Shown here piece by piece: positions 52,627 through 64,000 of a stretch of DNA of 64,000 nucleotides. The position numbers and the translations under genes were made by a program. Position 1 is the first letter of the stretch; every line of letters begins with the position of its first letter. Source of the DNA: Hyphochytrium catenoides (lineage: Eukaryota; Protista; Hyphochytriomycota). The stretch is taken from NCBI GenBank assembly GCA_900088475.1, contig FLMG01000540.1, positions 124,765-188,764 on the forward strand. Direction: 5' to 3'. The notes beneath the pieces are model-generated. The model saw only the letters and a program-made list of their open reading frames with translations, made no database searches and was not told the DNA's origin.

Positions 52627-55600
52627 ATGGATGAGCTGGTGGACATCTTCCGAAGCGATCGGCTCAAGTTAGGTCGCTTGAGAAGACAAAGAAAAGATGC
52701 TGATGGGGACAATTTTTCTGAACCTCAGTAAGGGCTTGAGATCTCTACACACTTACGCTCATCACTGCTAACAGTCTGCTTTCAGGAGCTCTCCAGCGTC
52801 GGTTGGGGCGAGGAGCATTCGGGATGACGTGTCAGAAGAGGCCCGATCGGATAGATCAAACTCTCTTGGTAACTCCTTCAAGGAGGCTGCGGCGGTAGCA
52901 GGTGAGAATGGAAGGAGTCTGTTTATGACTGAGGTTGCAGTACTAAGACTTCCTCGGCTTAGGTTTGCTGAGTGGGGGCGGCTTTGCCATCCAAACCTTC
53001 AGAGAAATGACGCAGCAGCCGCCAGTGACAACCACCAGTCTCACCCTGCCGCCTTCCAACGTCAACGCAAGATCTTGGTCCATCACGCCATCTTCCGCTA
53101 CTTCAGTGTATGTTGAGAAAGGAGCCGGGAAGGTAGTCTACTCCGGTTGGCTGCGTAAGCAGGGCAACTTTTGGTACGCAAGCATATCAATAACGGACCC
53201 CACGACCATAATACTGCACTTTTAACCAGCTTTTGAACCCATCAGGACGGGATGGAAGAGAAGATATTTCGTCCTGCGAGTCCAGAGTGATGATGAGAGT
53301 CCAACGCAATACGGCCTTCTCCAGTTCTATAATAACAACCGCTTCGGCAAACTCAAGGGAGAGATTTCACTATGTGAAGGGACAATTGCCGTTAGATTCT
53401 TGGATATACAGAAGACAGGCAAGCCTTATTGCTTTGAAATCGTCAAGGGCTTCTACCAGGTGAGATCTCTTTCTTGTGCAATCTCCCTTGTTGTTCCTTT
53501 CATGACTCTAAAGCAACGAGCGCATAGTTTATCTGCCAGGCAAGTGACGAAAGAGAATGCAAGGCTTGGGTGAGTCACCTGCTTCAACTGGTTCCATCCA
53601 ACACTGCCACGATGGCTGGCACTCCTCGGGTAACGAGGATGGACTCGACGCTCGGAAAAACGGGCACCGTCGTCCGAGAGTCGATGTATGGCGTTTTCAA
53701 TAGGCGACTGACGGTGGAGGTGAAAAGTATATTGGTGGGTGTATATGCTACTCAGGTAGACGCGCCTGGCCTTCATATAACCAGTCCATTATCCCTATTC
53801 TTCTGCAGAGTGATCCCCGTAGCAAGGAACACATGTCCTGTCAGACTTATATGAAAAAGTTTGATCACCGGTCTCCGTCTGCGCTGACTGAACTCGCTAA
53901 GGCTATGGGACGACTGAGGGATCGAATGCTGAGCAGTCACGGCGAAGCCCTCTGTAAATATGTTGACGAACCGCGAAAGGAAGAAGAGCAAAAAATGACC
54001 ATAGTATCCAAGGCTGTGACGAGAGGCATAGAGGAAACGCTTTTCATACCATTGCATGACGGAATATATTTGAACCTCAAGCGAAGAGTCTCTGAAGAGC
54101 AGGAGGTGAGGTTCTTAGTAGCCCGATCTGTGAATGGTGGAAAAGAGTATAAGAGGCTCCTTTGCCTTGTTACTTTTGAAGGGTGGGTGGGGTTGTCTTG
54201 AGTCTTGACCTTCGCTCAGTGCCGACATTTTCCTGACCAGTCGATTCGTTCTCTTGCTTACTAGGCCGAGATACTCAGAAAAATGCAGTATTTGCGCAGC
54301 AAGAACCAGCAATTCTATGATATTCCTAGCTCCCAAATCTCTCCTTCTAACTGGAAGTCAGTCTGCCGTATTATGGATACGATTGGCACTCATTCGCTGC
54401 CTTCCGACAAACTCGACTGCCTTATACTAGCTGTCCGAGAAATTCATGAGCTCTATGATTTGGAAAAGAGGCAGTCGGTAGGGACCAAGGGGCTAGATGC
54501 GGACGATTTGCTCCCGATATGTAAGATACCGCCGAGAGCCCTAGCTCATCTTCTTTCAAGTCTCCCTACTTCCTCCTCTGGAAAGAAAGCATATCCTCTT
54601 CTCACTGGTGTACTAACTGAGAGTCTCCTCATCTCCTAGCTCTACTATTCTGTTCTGTCTTTATAGAGCGTGTGACCCCTTTCCGTGTCACCCCCTTCCC
54701 TATGCATAACAACGCATCAGGAAGGTATACTAACAATGAGCTTATATCCTCTTCCATCCCCTTGTGTGGTCCATCCTCTTCAACCACAGTCACCTTTGTA
54801 GTGGTAAACAGCAACCTGGAGAAGCTTCTTACTCTTCGTGAGCTTCTCGTCGCCTTCTCGGATCCATGGGAGGCTTCAAGCGACAAGGAAATTGGTGTGG
54901 ATGTTAGCCTCCTGACCTCCTCTATTGACTACATTACGTCCATCAACATACCGGGCATAATGGAGGATATGCTCAAAGATCAGGTGGGGCTTCCATTTGT
55001 TTTCGGCTTCCAACAGACTCCAGAACGCTCCCCACAGCCAGAGTAGAGGATTGCAAATACATGGTTCTATTTCAACCTTGGTTCTGCCATACCTCGAATT
55101 GCGTTGCTATCTACTCAATGGAATCCTACTCTTTCCTCTTCACTTCTCCTTGCTTTTCTTGTATTCGCTGTTGTCGTTACCAGGTATTGGTTAGCGTGGA
55201 AGGAGACTGGCGCAGCGGGCTGGAGCTGGAAAAGGACCGATTGTACGGTCTAGGAGCAGTGGTATGTCCCATTGTGATCCCCCTGATATTGAATTGTCCT
55301 TATCTAGGGGGAAACAATTTGCATAATTCTTCTGTCGGCCAACCTGTGGCGGGACGCATGACTACTATTCGTGCTTACAACCTAGTAGCGCATTCTGCCC
55401 GTGAAGCCCTCCTCTGCGGACAAATTCTTATTTCTATCTTTGCTCTATATGCAGTTGCTATCTTCTCATCACATGAACCTCTTGCAGGTGAAATCCACCG
55501 CTTCCGGCCACAGCCGGTGGGGTGACAACGTCGCTCATTTGAAGATTGGCAAAGGCTCTGTATTGATGACAGTGAACGGCGAGTCAGTGGCCCTTTTCCC

Positions 55601-58600
55601 CTACGAGGAATGCATAACGATATTAGATAACGCCATTCCACCCAGGAGGTAACAGAAGTTGTTCTCAGCTATTATTCCACGGAGTGTTAGTTCCATCGTC
55701 GGCTAGCTTCCGAGTCTCCACTGTGCCAGACTCACTTCTTGTTCTCAGGCTTGGATTCCTTCCACCGCAGTTGTACTATAGAATGATGGCCATGAAGAAA
55801 TATTATTGGGAAAACGCGTTGTGGCAGGTAGGCTGACCCTTAGTATCCGTACGCTGGTATTGTCTCTTACCTGTCTGCTTCTCTTTATTTCTTCTTTTGC
55901 AGGCATGCAAGCGCAGTAGCTTTCAAGGAGTGAAGCGGTTGATCCAGAATAAAGTGAACGTGAACTGCAGGAGACAGAACCTTAGCACTGCACTTCACAT
56001 TGCAGTCCACAGAGTTAACCTTGAGATTGTTAAGCTGCTTATAGAGGCGGGTGCCAACGTCAATGCTGTGGGACCCATGGATAGGACACCACTACATATG
56101 GTGAGTAACATGCGCAAAAACGGCGAAGGTGGTGTTGACGCATTGCCAAGAGAAGAATGCCGCAAGTATGCTGTGAGGGAGGCAGTGGGTGCTTCGACTC
56201 TTGGGGGGCGTAGCATTGCACGACTGCTGCAATTAGCTCTCCATGATCATCACTAGGCCAAGCGCAAGCATGAGGGACGCCTAGCATCGCTTCTGACAAC
56301 TCTGTCGCTTTCAATTGATGCTCTGTTTAGTTGGGAGTCCCCTTGGGGGAAGAAGAAGCAATCTCAAATGAGGTTGACGATAATTATAATGGTGAAGTGA
56401 CACAGATTGTCGATGCCCTAAAAATCGCCGGCGGGGATCTGGACGCTCGGGACATTTTTGGCAACACTCCCGCCATGCTATGTGCTCGCAGAGGAGCATC
56501 TCAGGCGCTTTCCGCTCTTTTGCGATGTGGTGCAAATCTTGAGATTAGAAACTGGCAGTTCGGGTGGGTAACGCTACCTAAGTGGAGGCTCTATTGATTG
56601 TCTTCTTGGAATCGACATATAGCGGCTGTAGTTTCCAAAAATTATTGCAGATATCTCCACCCCGTATGCCAATGTCTAGATCTGTTCCTCGGTTTCTTTA
56701 AGCAAGCGACCATGTTTGGTATCTTCCTGCCCCTTCATGTGTTTGTCTTCCTGGCTAACATTGCTGTTAATCACGGTCCAGGTACACTGCTCTTGCCTGG
56801 GCTGCGCAGGAAGGAGCCAATGAGTGTGTACAGGTTCTGCTGCAAGCCGGATCCGAAGTGGATTGTCGCAGTTTGGATGGCGAAACACCGCTTCATATAG
56901 CAGCTTCAATAGGCTCAGCAGTCTGCTGTGACACTCTGCTCCAACAGGGCGCTCATGTAAATGCCCAGACAGGTATGCTAAGCCATCCAACCCATAAGAT
57001 AGGTAGAGCGGATGGGGTAAAGAACAGGAGCAAATGGTGGGGAAGTCTAGACTATGGGCTTCTTGGACCCGTTCTCCGCTTTTTTTGGTCGTTAGTATCC
57101 GTGCTAGTAGGTAGCTTTCTCGCCTCGTTGCTTACTTATCCTTTCCTTCCTCTGGCTTTCTTAATATATTGTCACGGTGCAGTGCACGGGGTTTCTCCAT
57201 TAATAATGGCAGCCTCTCGAGGCCAGGTGCGCCGAATTGGCCCCAAAGCACCTGAAGTAGCAGACGACATTCAGCTGGAGCGCACAATAGAGTTATTGCT
57301 GCATGCTGGGGCTAACCCGGCGATCGGTAAGAGATGTGAGAATCTATATGAGGCAGCTATAGCAAAGGGGGAACAGATTCAGTACTATTGATTTTTGCTA
57401 TATGTGGGTGTCGTTAGCTCTTTGGAACAAAGTTCCAAATCACCTTTCCCCCTAGAAGGCTGGCGTGGCCGCTGGCCATTTGGGAATCAACCTCCCTGCC
57501 TGGGACTGCAGTTCTTTCGAATTCTCAGCGTAGTGTGCTTATATTTACAACCTTCCTTATTTTGCTTTATGCTTAGTGGGTAAGAACTTTGGGTCTGCGC
57601 TTCACTACGCTATGGTCCATGCAAACGAAGGAGTCGTAAGAAGACTTCTCACCGAAGCACCTCAGATTACAGGCGTCAAGGACATCAAGGGTAAGCAAGC
57701 AGGACGTGGAACTAGAAGGAGGGGCTTGCCGGTCATTATATATTAGATAGCTGCTCTTGGCGGTAATAAGGGGTATATCTGGCAAAAAAAGGACTTGTGA
57801 TGATGGACTTTTAGGGCGACTTGGTCGGTGTCATTAAAGGTGGAAAGAAAAAGAGATTTTTTTTTGTACCCTAAACCTCTCAGCTGATATGCGCTATTTT
57901 TTCTCCGCAGGCTGCACGCCCTTGGACTTAGTTACTCAGAAACTTCTGGAGTACAGGGCATCTAAGCACCAACAGGTGTCCGAAGGAGTGATCAGAGGCA
58001 CCCTTCCTTCGGCCTCGCCTTCTTCCCGCTCCGCCTCTTCCGAAACTGCTCCATCTCCAACCTCCCACCTCTTGCGTTGGGCTTCAAATTACCAATTGCT
58101 TGCTGGGTCTCGAAATGAAGACTTCAGCACGTTCAACACCCAGCTGCAGGTTATGTGGAAAGACCTGCGCTGCACCCTGACTTCAGCAGGAGCTCTCCAT
58201 ATCTTGGTAGGATGGGACTGACAGAACTTCTCAAGTCTATATTCTAGCCACTCTCTTTCTCTCCTAATCTGGAGAACTCTTCCTTCACTCCTTCGTACCT
58301 GACGTGACTTAAGAGCTAGATGCTCCTGTCCTCCATAGTCTGCTCTTTTCTTTAGCCCTGCGTCTGCCCTACAAATAGAGCTCATGTATCACTTCCTCCC
58401 GCCCACATTCTCGTAGTCTGGCTCGTTGGAGGCAAGCGTGGCTCATCTCATGTCACCCCAGCACTTTACCGGACATGATATGTCGGATATTATTTATAGC
58501 ATCACGGAGATATGTGACGTGATGTTGTTCCTGAGATACATCAAGGAGGCGTATCAAAGAGCGTTCCCAGACTTCATGATGAATTGGATGGCTAGTGTCA

Positions 58601-61600
58601 CAAGTAATGAAGGTGGGCTTGATTTGGTCGACTGTGACGTCCTGTCCATGTTGGGTCCCTCCCTGGCTTCTCAGTTTCTCCTTTGATGAGAAGGTCAAGT
58701 CCTGTCATGTGTATCATTCTTTTACTGGTAGTGCCCAGTGGCTTAGGAATGTCTCTCTCTTCCTTCATTGGTCTTTCGCGCTGGAGCTGGGCCGACCTGC
58801 CCCTGAATTGACTCTCTCTCTCTTCCTACCTTTCGCGTCCTCTCTTCGCATTAGAGGAGGCCAACAAGATTGGGGTCGACACGGAAAGTAAAACTTATCT
58901 GGAGGACTATGGAGACATTGCCGCAGAAGCCTTTCTCCGCCGCCATGGTATACCCTGTATCGTCCTGACCACGAAAGAGGTGAGATACAGTTCGTATTAT
59001 GCAGGCAAAAGGTGGTGTAAAGCAAGGGAAGGAGAGTCTTAACGGGGGTTTAGTAAGACTTAGTGGTGAAAGACCAGATGGATGTTGCAGAGTCAATCGA
59101 CTTATGTTAAGTACAGAGATCATCGTGCAACTGTGCAAATGCCTCTTTCCTATTCTTTGATTGCAGCGAGTAACTGCAGTGCGACGGATTGCGACATTCT
59201 CTCTGGAGCTTCTCGTCGTAGCCCATGAAGAGTTATTGAGGAGCCAGAGTCAATGCTGTGCAGCCTTCCTGGACTTAGCCAACGACATCATACTTGCAGG
59301 TAGTGAGAACACGAGCAAGCATGCCGCCCCTAAAATCCCTGATGGTATTAGAGAAAAAACCAGAGGCTAGCAAGGGGAACAGGGGAAGTAGTCGAACTGT
59401 TCTGGCGCCGAAACATACTGGTAGCTCCGGTAAAACCAAGTAGCGAATCCGTTGCTCATCTCCCGAACTTTCTCCTTTCTTTTTGGCCCCCGTTGTAGCG
59501 GAGCGCGACGGTGATGTCTCTCTTTCCGGCCTCCTCGCAAGTTTCAAGCTACCGCGTTTTGTGGCTTCATTCCTTGTGCAAGAGTTGCCCGAAGAGGCGC
59601 TGCCGGAGGGTTACGAAGAGCTAGGAGGTACGCTGATGCCGACTGGATCACAATCAGCTAGTTGTTAGGACATTAGCGCTAGCGCATTCCATTCAATGCT
59701 CCGCTGATCACTCTGCAGCTCTAGGCCAGCAATTTTTTGCGCCAAACGAGGATATCATTTTGGAAACTCCTTCCCCTATGGACAGAGGACGAGAGAAGCC
59801 AAGCGAAAGTCCATTGCATAAGCAGTATCAGGAGGCTCTGCAGGTCGATGCCATCATTGAAGGTTAGTTTCTAGCTCTCCTCGCATTGTCCGGCTCTTTT
59901 GAATGCAATGCTCATGTCCACGTACTTTGCTGTTCTATAGGAGGCCCTTCGCAACTTCACGAATTAGGCCGAGGAAGTGCCAGAAGGGCCTGGGGCGGGC
60001 CGGAGGGCCTTCTGGGCGAGGAAGGCAGGCAGAAGTCGAATAGCGTTACTTCCATGTCGTCAGATCGGTCCCATGGAAGTTCTAAGAGGAGGTGTACATC
60101 TGCTTTCATACTCTCCGTGACTTCCTACTTACCTTGCTCTAATCTCTTATATAAATCGCTAACAATTCTTTCGTTTCTAGTGAGAGGCTGTTAAGTGTAC
60201 CTCCTCAGCGAGTGGCGAAACAGATTACATTATTTGCTCATTATTTATATCAGAAAATTCCAGGTGAGGTCGCTTTTCTTCTGTTCTTTTGCTTTTCCTC
60301 TGAATGATCAACTGCTTCTATGTCTTATGTGGCGTCTGTTCGCGTCCTCGTATGTTGGCAATGGAATCAGGCTATCCAGCGCCACTCTTCCCCCCTGGCG
60401 CTTGACCATTCTGACTGTCCCTCTTCAGTGTCCGAGCTGCTTTGCAAGAAAGGTATTCGGCCTGCCTTCTCCGAGATGAAGCAATTCTTTAACCATGTAA
60501 GTGCTGTCCATATGTTAGTTTCCCTATGTCTCGCGGGACCTAACAGAAACAACAGCTGACTATCTGGGTCATGAGTGAGATCTTGCGGGAGAGAGAAGTG
60601 CAACTTAGGACAAGGGCCATCGAGTACTTTATCACGGTAAGAGAACAGTAGAAAGAGTAAAAACATCAGCATTCCGGTCTCGTCACGTCACTAGGTGACA
60701 AGGAAAGGGATGTAGAGTTTAGGTTGCGGAAGGGCTGAAGGTGGATACCATAGAGAAGAGTGAGAGAAAGGCCGGTGTAGTGTTTCAGTCCGTTTACCCT
60801 TGCCTGCAGAAGTCTGTTCTCCTGATAAGCTCTGTAGCGTTAACTCTGTGTACTCCCTACTGATGACCTCTTCTTTCGTCCTGTGCTGATTACTTATTGC
60901 ACTCCATCAATGTGTCACTCATGGGTTTCCACAGGTGGCTGCTAAGTGCCGCTCCCCTCTTCACAATTTTGATGGCCTGGTGGCAATTATGAACGCTTTG
61001 CAAAGTACTGCCATCAACCGACTTAAGATGTCATGGGCTAGACTGGGACAGAAGGAAAGGGATCTCTGGAATGAGCTCAAGCAGCAAGTGGCTGCAGGTG
61101 GAAGGTAAGGGAGCGAGTCTCTGGGTTCTTGTAGGGAAGGCAAGTGTCGAGAGAGGAGTTTGTAGATGCTAAGAGGACTTTGTAAGGACTTTGTACTAGT
61201 GCGAAGCACAGGGGATGGACAAAGCCGACCAGGAGACTAATGTAACTGTCTCTTTGCATCTCCCAGACGCCTATTCCACGTTATCCGAGACACATCTCCA
61301 CCCTGTGTGCCGTACGTAGGGATATACCTGCAACACCTGACTGGTTACAGAGAAGTGCCCACCTTGCTAGAAGGAGGACAGAAGATTAACTTCAAGAAGG
61401 TAAAAGACATTTTGCTATGAAGATGACGCTGCGAGTGGATCTCTAAGGACATCTAGTGAATCCCGACTTTAATGCTACGCTTCGTTCTCAAGCTTGGCTA
61501 AATGCTCTTTAATATCTCACCTCTTCCTTATGGGGGATCCACAGGTCACCTGGCCTCCTTTGTCTTCCTAGAGTCTGCTTTGCCTTCGTCACTCACGGGC

Positions 61601-61822
61601 ATTCCCAACCTCGCGGTCTCCCTGGCCAAATACTTCCCTTTACTTCTCTAGATTCGCTCTGTAGGTGAGGTACTTCGCTCCTTCACCAAGCACCAGCGGA
61701 TACCGTACATCATCCCTGTTGACAGCGCCATCCTTTGCCTGGTGTTTCGTACACCAAGGTTCAAGACGGAAGAAGAGGCATACGACCGTTCTCTTCTCCT
61801 GGAGCCGCGCTTACCCTCTTAA
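52627..61822 (+). CDS. Multidomain GEF: PH - VPS9 - PDZ-like - ankyrin repeats - REM - CDC25 RasGEF, many exons
   Basis: PH: SGWLRKQGNFW|TGWKRRYFVL...ECKAWVSHL. VPS9: LPSDKLDCL...LDADDLLPI|FTFVVV. PDZ-like: GSVLMTVNGESV. Multiple TPLH/TALH ankyrin repeats. REM: SGSLEASVAHL. CDC25: VAKQITL, HNFDGLVAIMNALQSTAINRLKMSW, PPCVPYVGIYLQHL, KINFKK, YDRSLLLEPR; TAA at 61820-61822. Confidence 0.85.
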
Positions 61823-62763
61823 CTTAATCTCAGCTATTCTCTACGCACTAGTTCCATCTGCAGAGAGTAGAGTTATAGTGCTCAGCTAAGTTATTGATTA
61901 TGTCTGTCTCTTAAGAGAGGTTCAACTTCTTCGTAGATCAGCCCGTGTTCCTTCCAACCGGTGGGGCCAGCTACATTCTCTCACTTCGTGGGCCTTTAAT
62001 GCCAAGCCAAGTACCTCTCACCTCCCATTAAGCAGGGAGAGGGGATCAAACCTAGAGCTCGTTCTTCCATTAGTTGATGGCTCCTGTCTAGATCAACTAC
62101 CTGTCACTCCTCGGCGCCATAGCTTTCCTCCTCTGACCCGATCCTTCGCATACCCGCTTCCCTTTCCCCAGCGGTAGGTCAGGATGCAGGTGGCTGTGAG
62201 CCTTATTGAAGGAAAGGACTCTATTTGGCTGCCAGGGCCATTGTGCGGTCCTGAGAACCATCCGGCTCCTCCCTTACAGCCCCTAACCTTCAGTCATTAG
62301 AGGAAGAAGAGGTCCATCCAAGGGCCGCTTCCAGTGGACACACCACATATGATGATGAGCTCTACCTAGTGGTAAAGGGAGAGCACAAGCTCCCTGTAGT
62401 CAAACTACGCTGTCTCCTCCGTCTTCTCTTCCTTTCCTGAGTCTTTTCCCGCTTCCTGACCTCATCTCTACCTTCCACCGGCCTCCCATCTTCACTTTCT
62501 GAGTCTCTCAGTGGCTTCTGGACAGCCAGCCCTCCGTCCGTCCTCAGACGGTAGCGCGCGTGTTCGAAGGAAGATGATGACCTGGGCGCTCGTAACGACG
62601 GCACCCCATCCATCCTCAGAATCTCGAACGTCCTCCTTATAGAGGAGTGAGTTTGTCATCACCAGGTTAATGTATTGGAAGGTTTCACCCATAGTTTCAT
62701 TGAAGTCTACGGGTGGGTGGGGCGATCAGGATTGCCATCACGTCGGTTCGGTACAGCTGGATC

Positions 62764-62925
62764 AGAGAGAGAGAGAGAGCGAGAGAGAGAAAAAGAAGAG
62801 AGACAGAGGGAGAGAGAAAGAGAAAGGCAGCAGGGAGAGAGTAAGAGAGACAGAGACAGGAGGCAGACAGAGACAGAGAGGCAGACAGCGACAGAGCGGC
62901 AGACAGAGAGAGCTAGACAGAGAAA
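62764..62925. repeat. (GA)/(GACA)-rich microsatellite
   Basis: Purine-rich low-complexity tract. Confidence 0.9.
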
Positions 62926-63088
62926 GTAGGAGTCACAGAGGTGTTAGAGAGAGCTTGGAAGGGCCGATGATAGCCTGGGAGCTGCGCGCAGTTGTGGAGC
63001 TTGTCGTCTGCACTCAGAGTTAGACGCAAGCCTCGATGCGCCGAGGACGGAGGCAGAAGCCGACGAGACGGAGTCGGCGACGGGAAAG

Positions 63089-64000
63089 ATGAGGGCGCAG
63101 TTTGGGGCTCTTGCGCTGCTCTGCTTCCTGCTTTATTCCGTCTCGATTGTCGAAGGAGGACGGAGCAGGACTGCATCCAGACGGCAGTTTCAGGTTGCGC
63201 TGCCTGCTGTGTGAGCGCTATTGCCTGTTCCTCTAACTCACAGCCATCTTCTTCCATCATCTTTCAGGCACTTAGAGCTGGAACTCGCCTTGAAAAGGCT
63301 GTTAGTGAGGCGGAGGGTCCTGTCCAAGGCACTGGAGTCTGTGGCGCGGCTCTGAAGGATGAAACCGGATACATTCCGATCGCTGGTGAGCGTCACTCGA
63401 CCCCATGAGTGCCCTACCCTCGATCTCTAGTCGGTGCCTAGCCTCGATCTCTTGTCTACGTCCCAGCTTTTCTGCCTCATATATGTAGAGTGACGTCCCC
63501 GTCCTGGTGCCCTACTCACAAGATTCATCCCTCGCGGTCTTATCTCTCTTTGAAGGAGGCGCGAGGAAGTATTTCTACTGGTTCTTTGAATCGGAGTCAG
63601 CTTCTGCTTCGGACCCTCTCGTGCTCTGGCTCTCAGGCGGACCAGGGTGCAGCAGCCTCGTTGGTCTCTTTTATGAGAACGGTCCTTGCCTGCTGAGGAA
63701 CACCGCCGAGCCAGTGCCCAACCCTTGGTCCTGGCACCGCAAAGCCAACCTTCTCTATGTCGACCAGCCAGCCGGGTAAGTGGTTCGCTTTTGAGGCTAG
63801 AGTGGTAGCAAACGAAGAAAGACAAGAGGTGGAAGAAGAAGCCGAATAGGTCTAACAGAAGAACTCTGAAGCCCCAGGAACATTTCTCTATGGACATTTC
63901 TCCGCTGTCCCCTTGATTGGTTTCTGTTTATCTTTCAGTCTATGGCTAACTCTAATCCCTTCCTCTCCTCTCTACCTCTCTCTTCCCCCTCCCGCCCCCC
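63089..64000 (+). CDS. Serine carboxypeptidase (S10), 5' part, runs off the window
   Basis: Signal peptide MRAQFGALALLCFLLYSVSIVEG; ETGYIPIA|GGARKYFYWFFES...DPLVLWLSGGPGCSSLVGLFYENGP...NPWSW...ANLLYVDQPAG. Confidence 0.94.

Noticed and set aside
57795-57890. Intronic C/D-box snoRNA (GTGATGA...CTGA)
   Set aside because: No terminal stem or recognisable rRNA guide; the CTGA is more likely the branch-point region.
3156-63897. Many short ORFs antisense to or overlapping identified exons
   Set aside because: Shadow frames of real genes or intron read-through, with no independent motifs.

Overview
Gene-dense, intron-rich eukaryotic nuclear DNA with short GT-AG introns and three N gaps. It is not prokaryotic, and the ORF track shows only exon fragments. 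The organism is flagellated (CCDC146, WDR35/IFT121); a stramenopile/pseudofungal-type protist is my inference only. Splicing by eye gives about 16 protein genes: a GPR137-like membrane protein, CCT2, mitochondrial bL25, CCDC146, an HMG-box/histone-fold fusion, a PTC7-type PP2C, a frameshifted orphan helical-repeat gene, a TRAPPC13/14-like subunit, a Qc-SNARE, an equilibrative nucleoside transporter, an ankyrin protein, WDR35, a coiled-coil/WW/PDZ protein, FPGS, a DCN1-like protein, a PH-VPS9-PDZ-ANK-RasGEF protein and the 5' part of a serine carboxypeptidase. There is also one tRNA-Thr(AGT). The most unusual signals are three multidomain architectures: a dual Rab5/Ras GEF, a WW-PDZ scaffold with GM130-like termini, and an HMG plus histone-fold protein with a PIP-like motif. 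An intron-poor block of decayed or frameshifted ORFs lies at about 15.1-25.7 kb and ends at the tRNA. Spans of spliced genes are hand-derived start-to-stop coordinates; no database searches were run.
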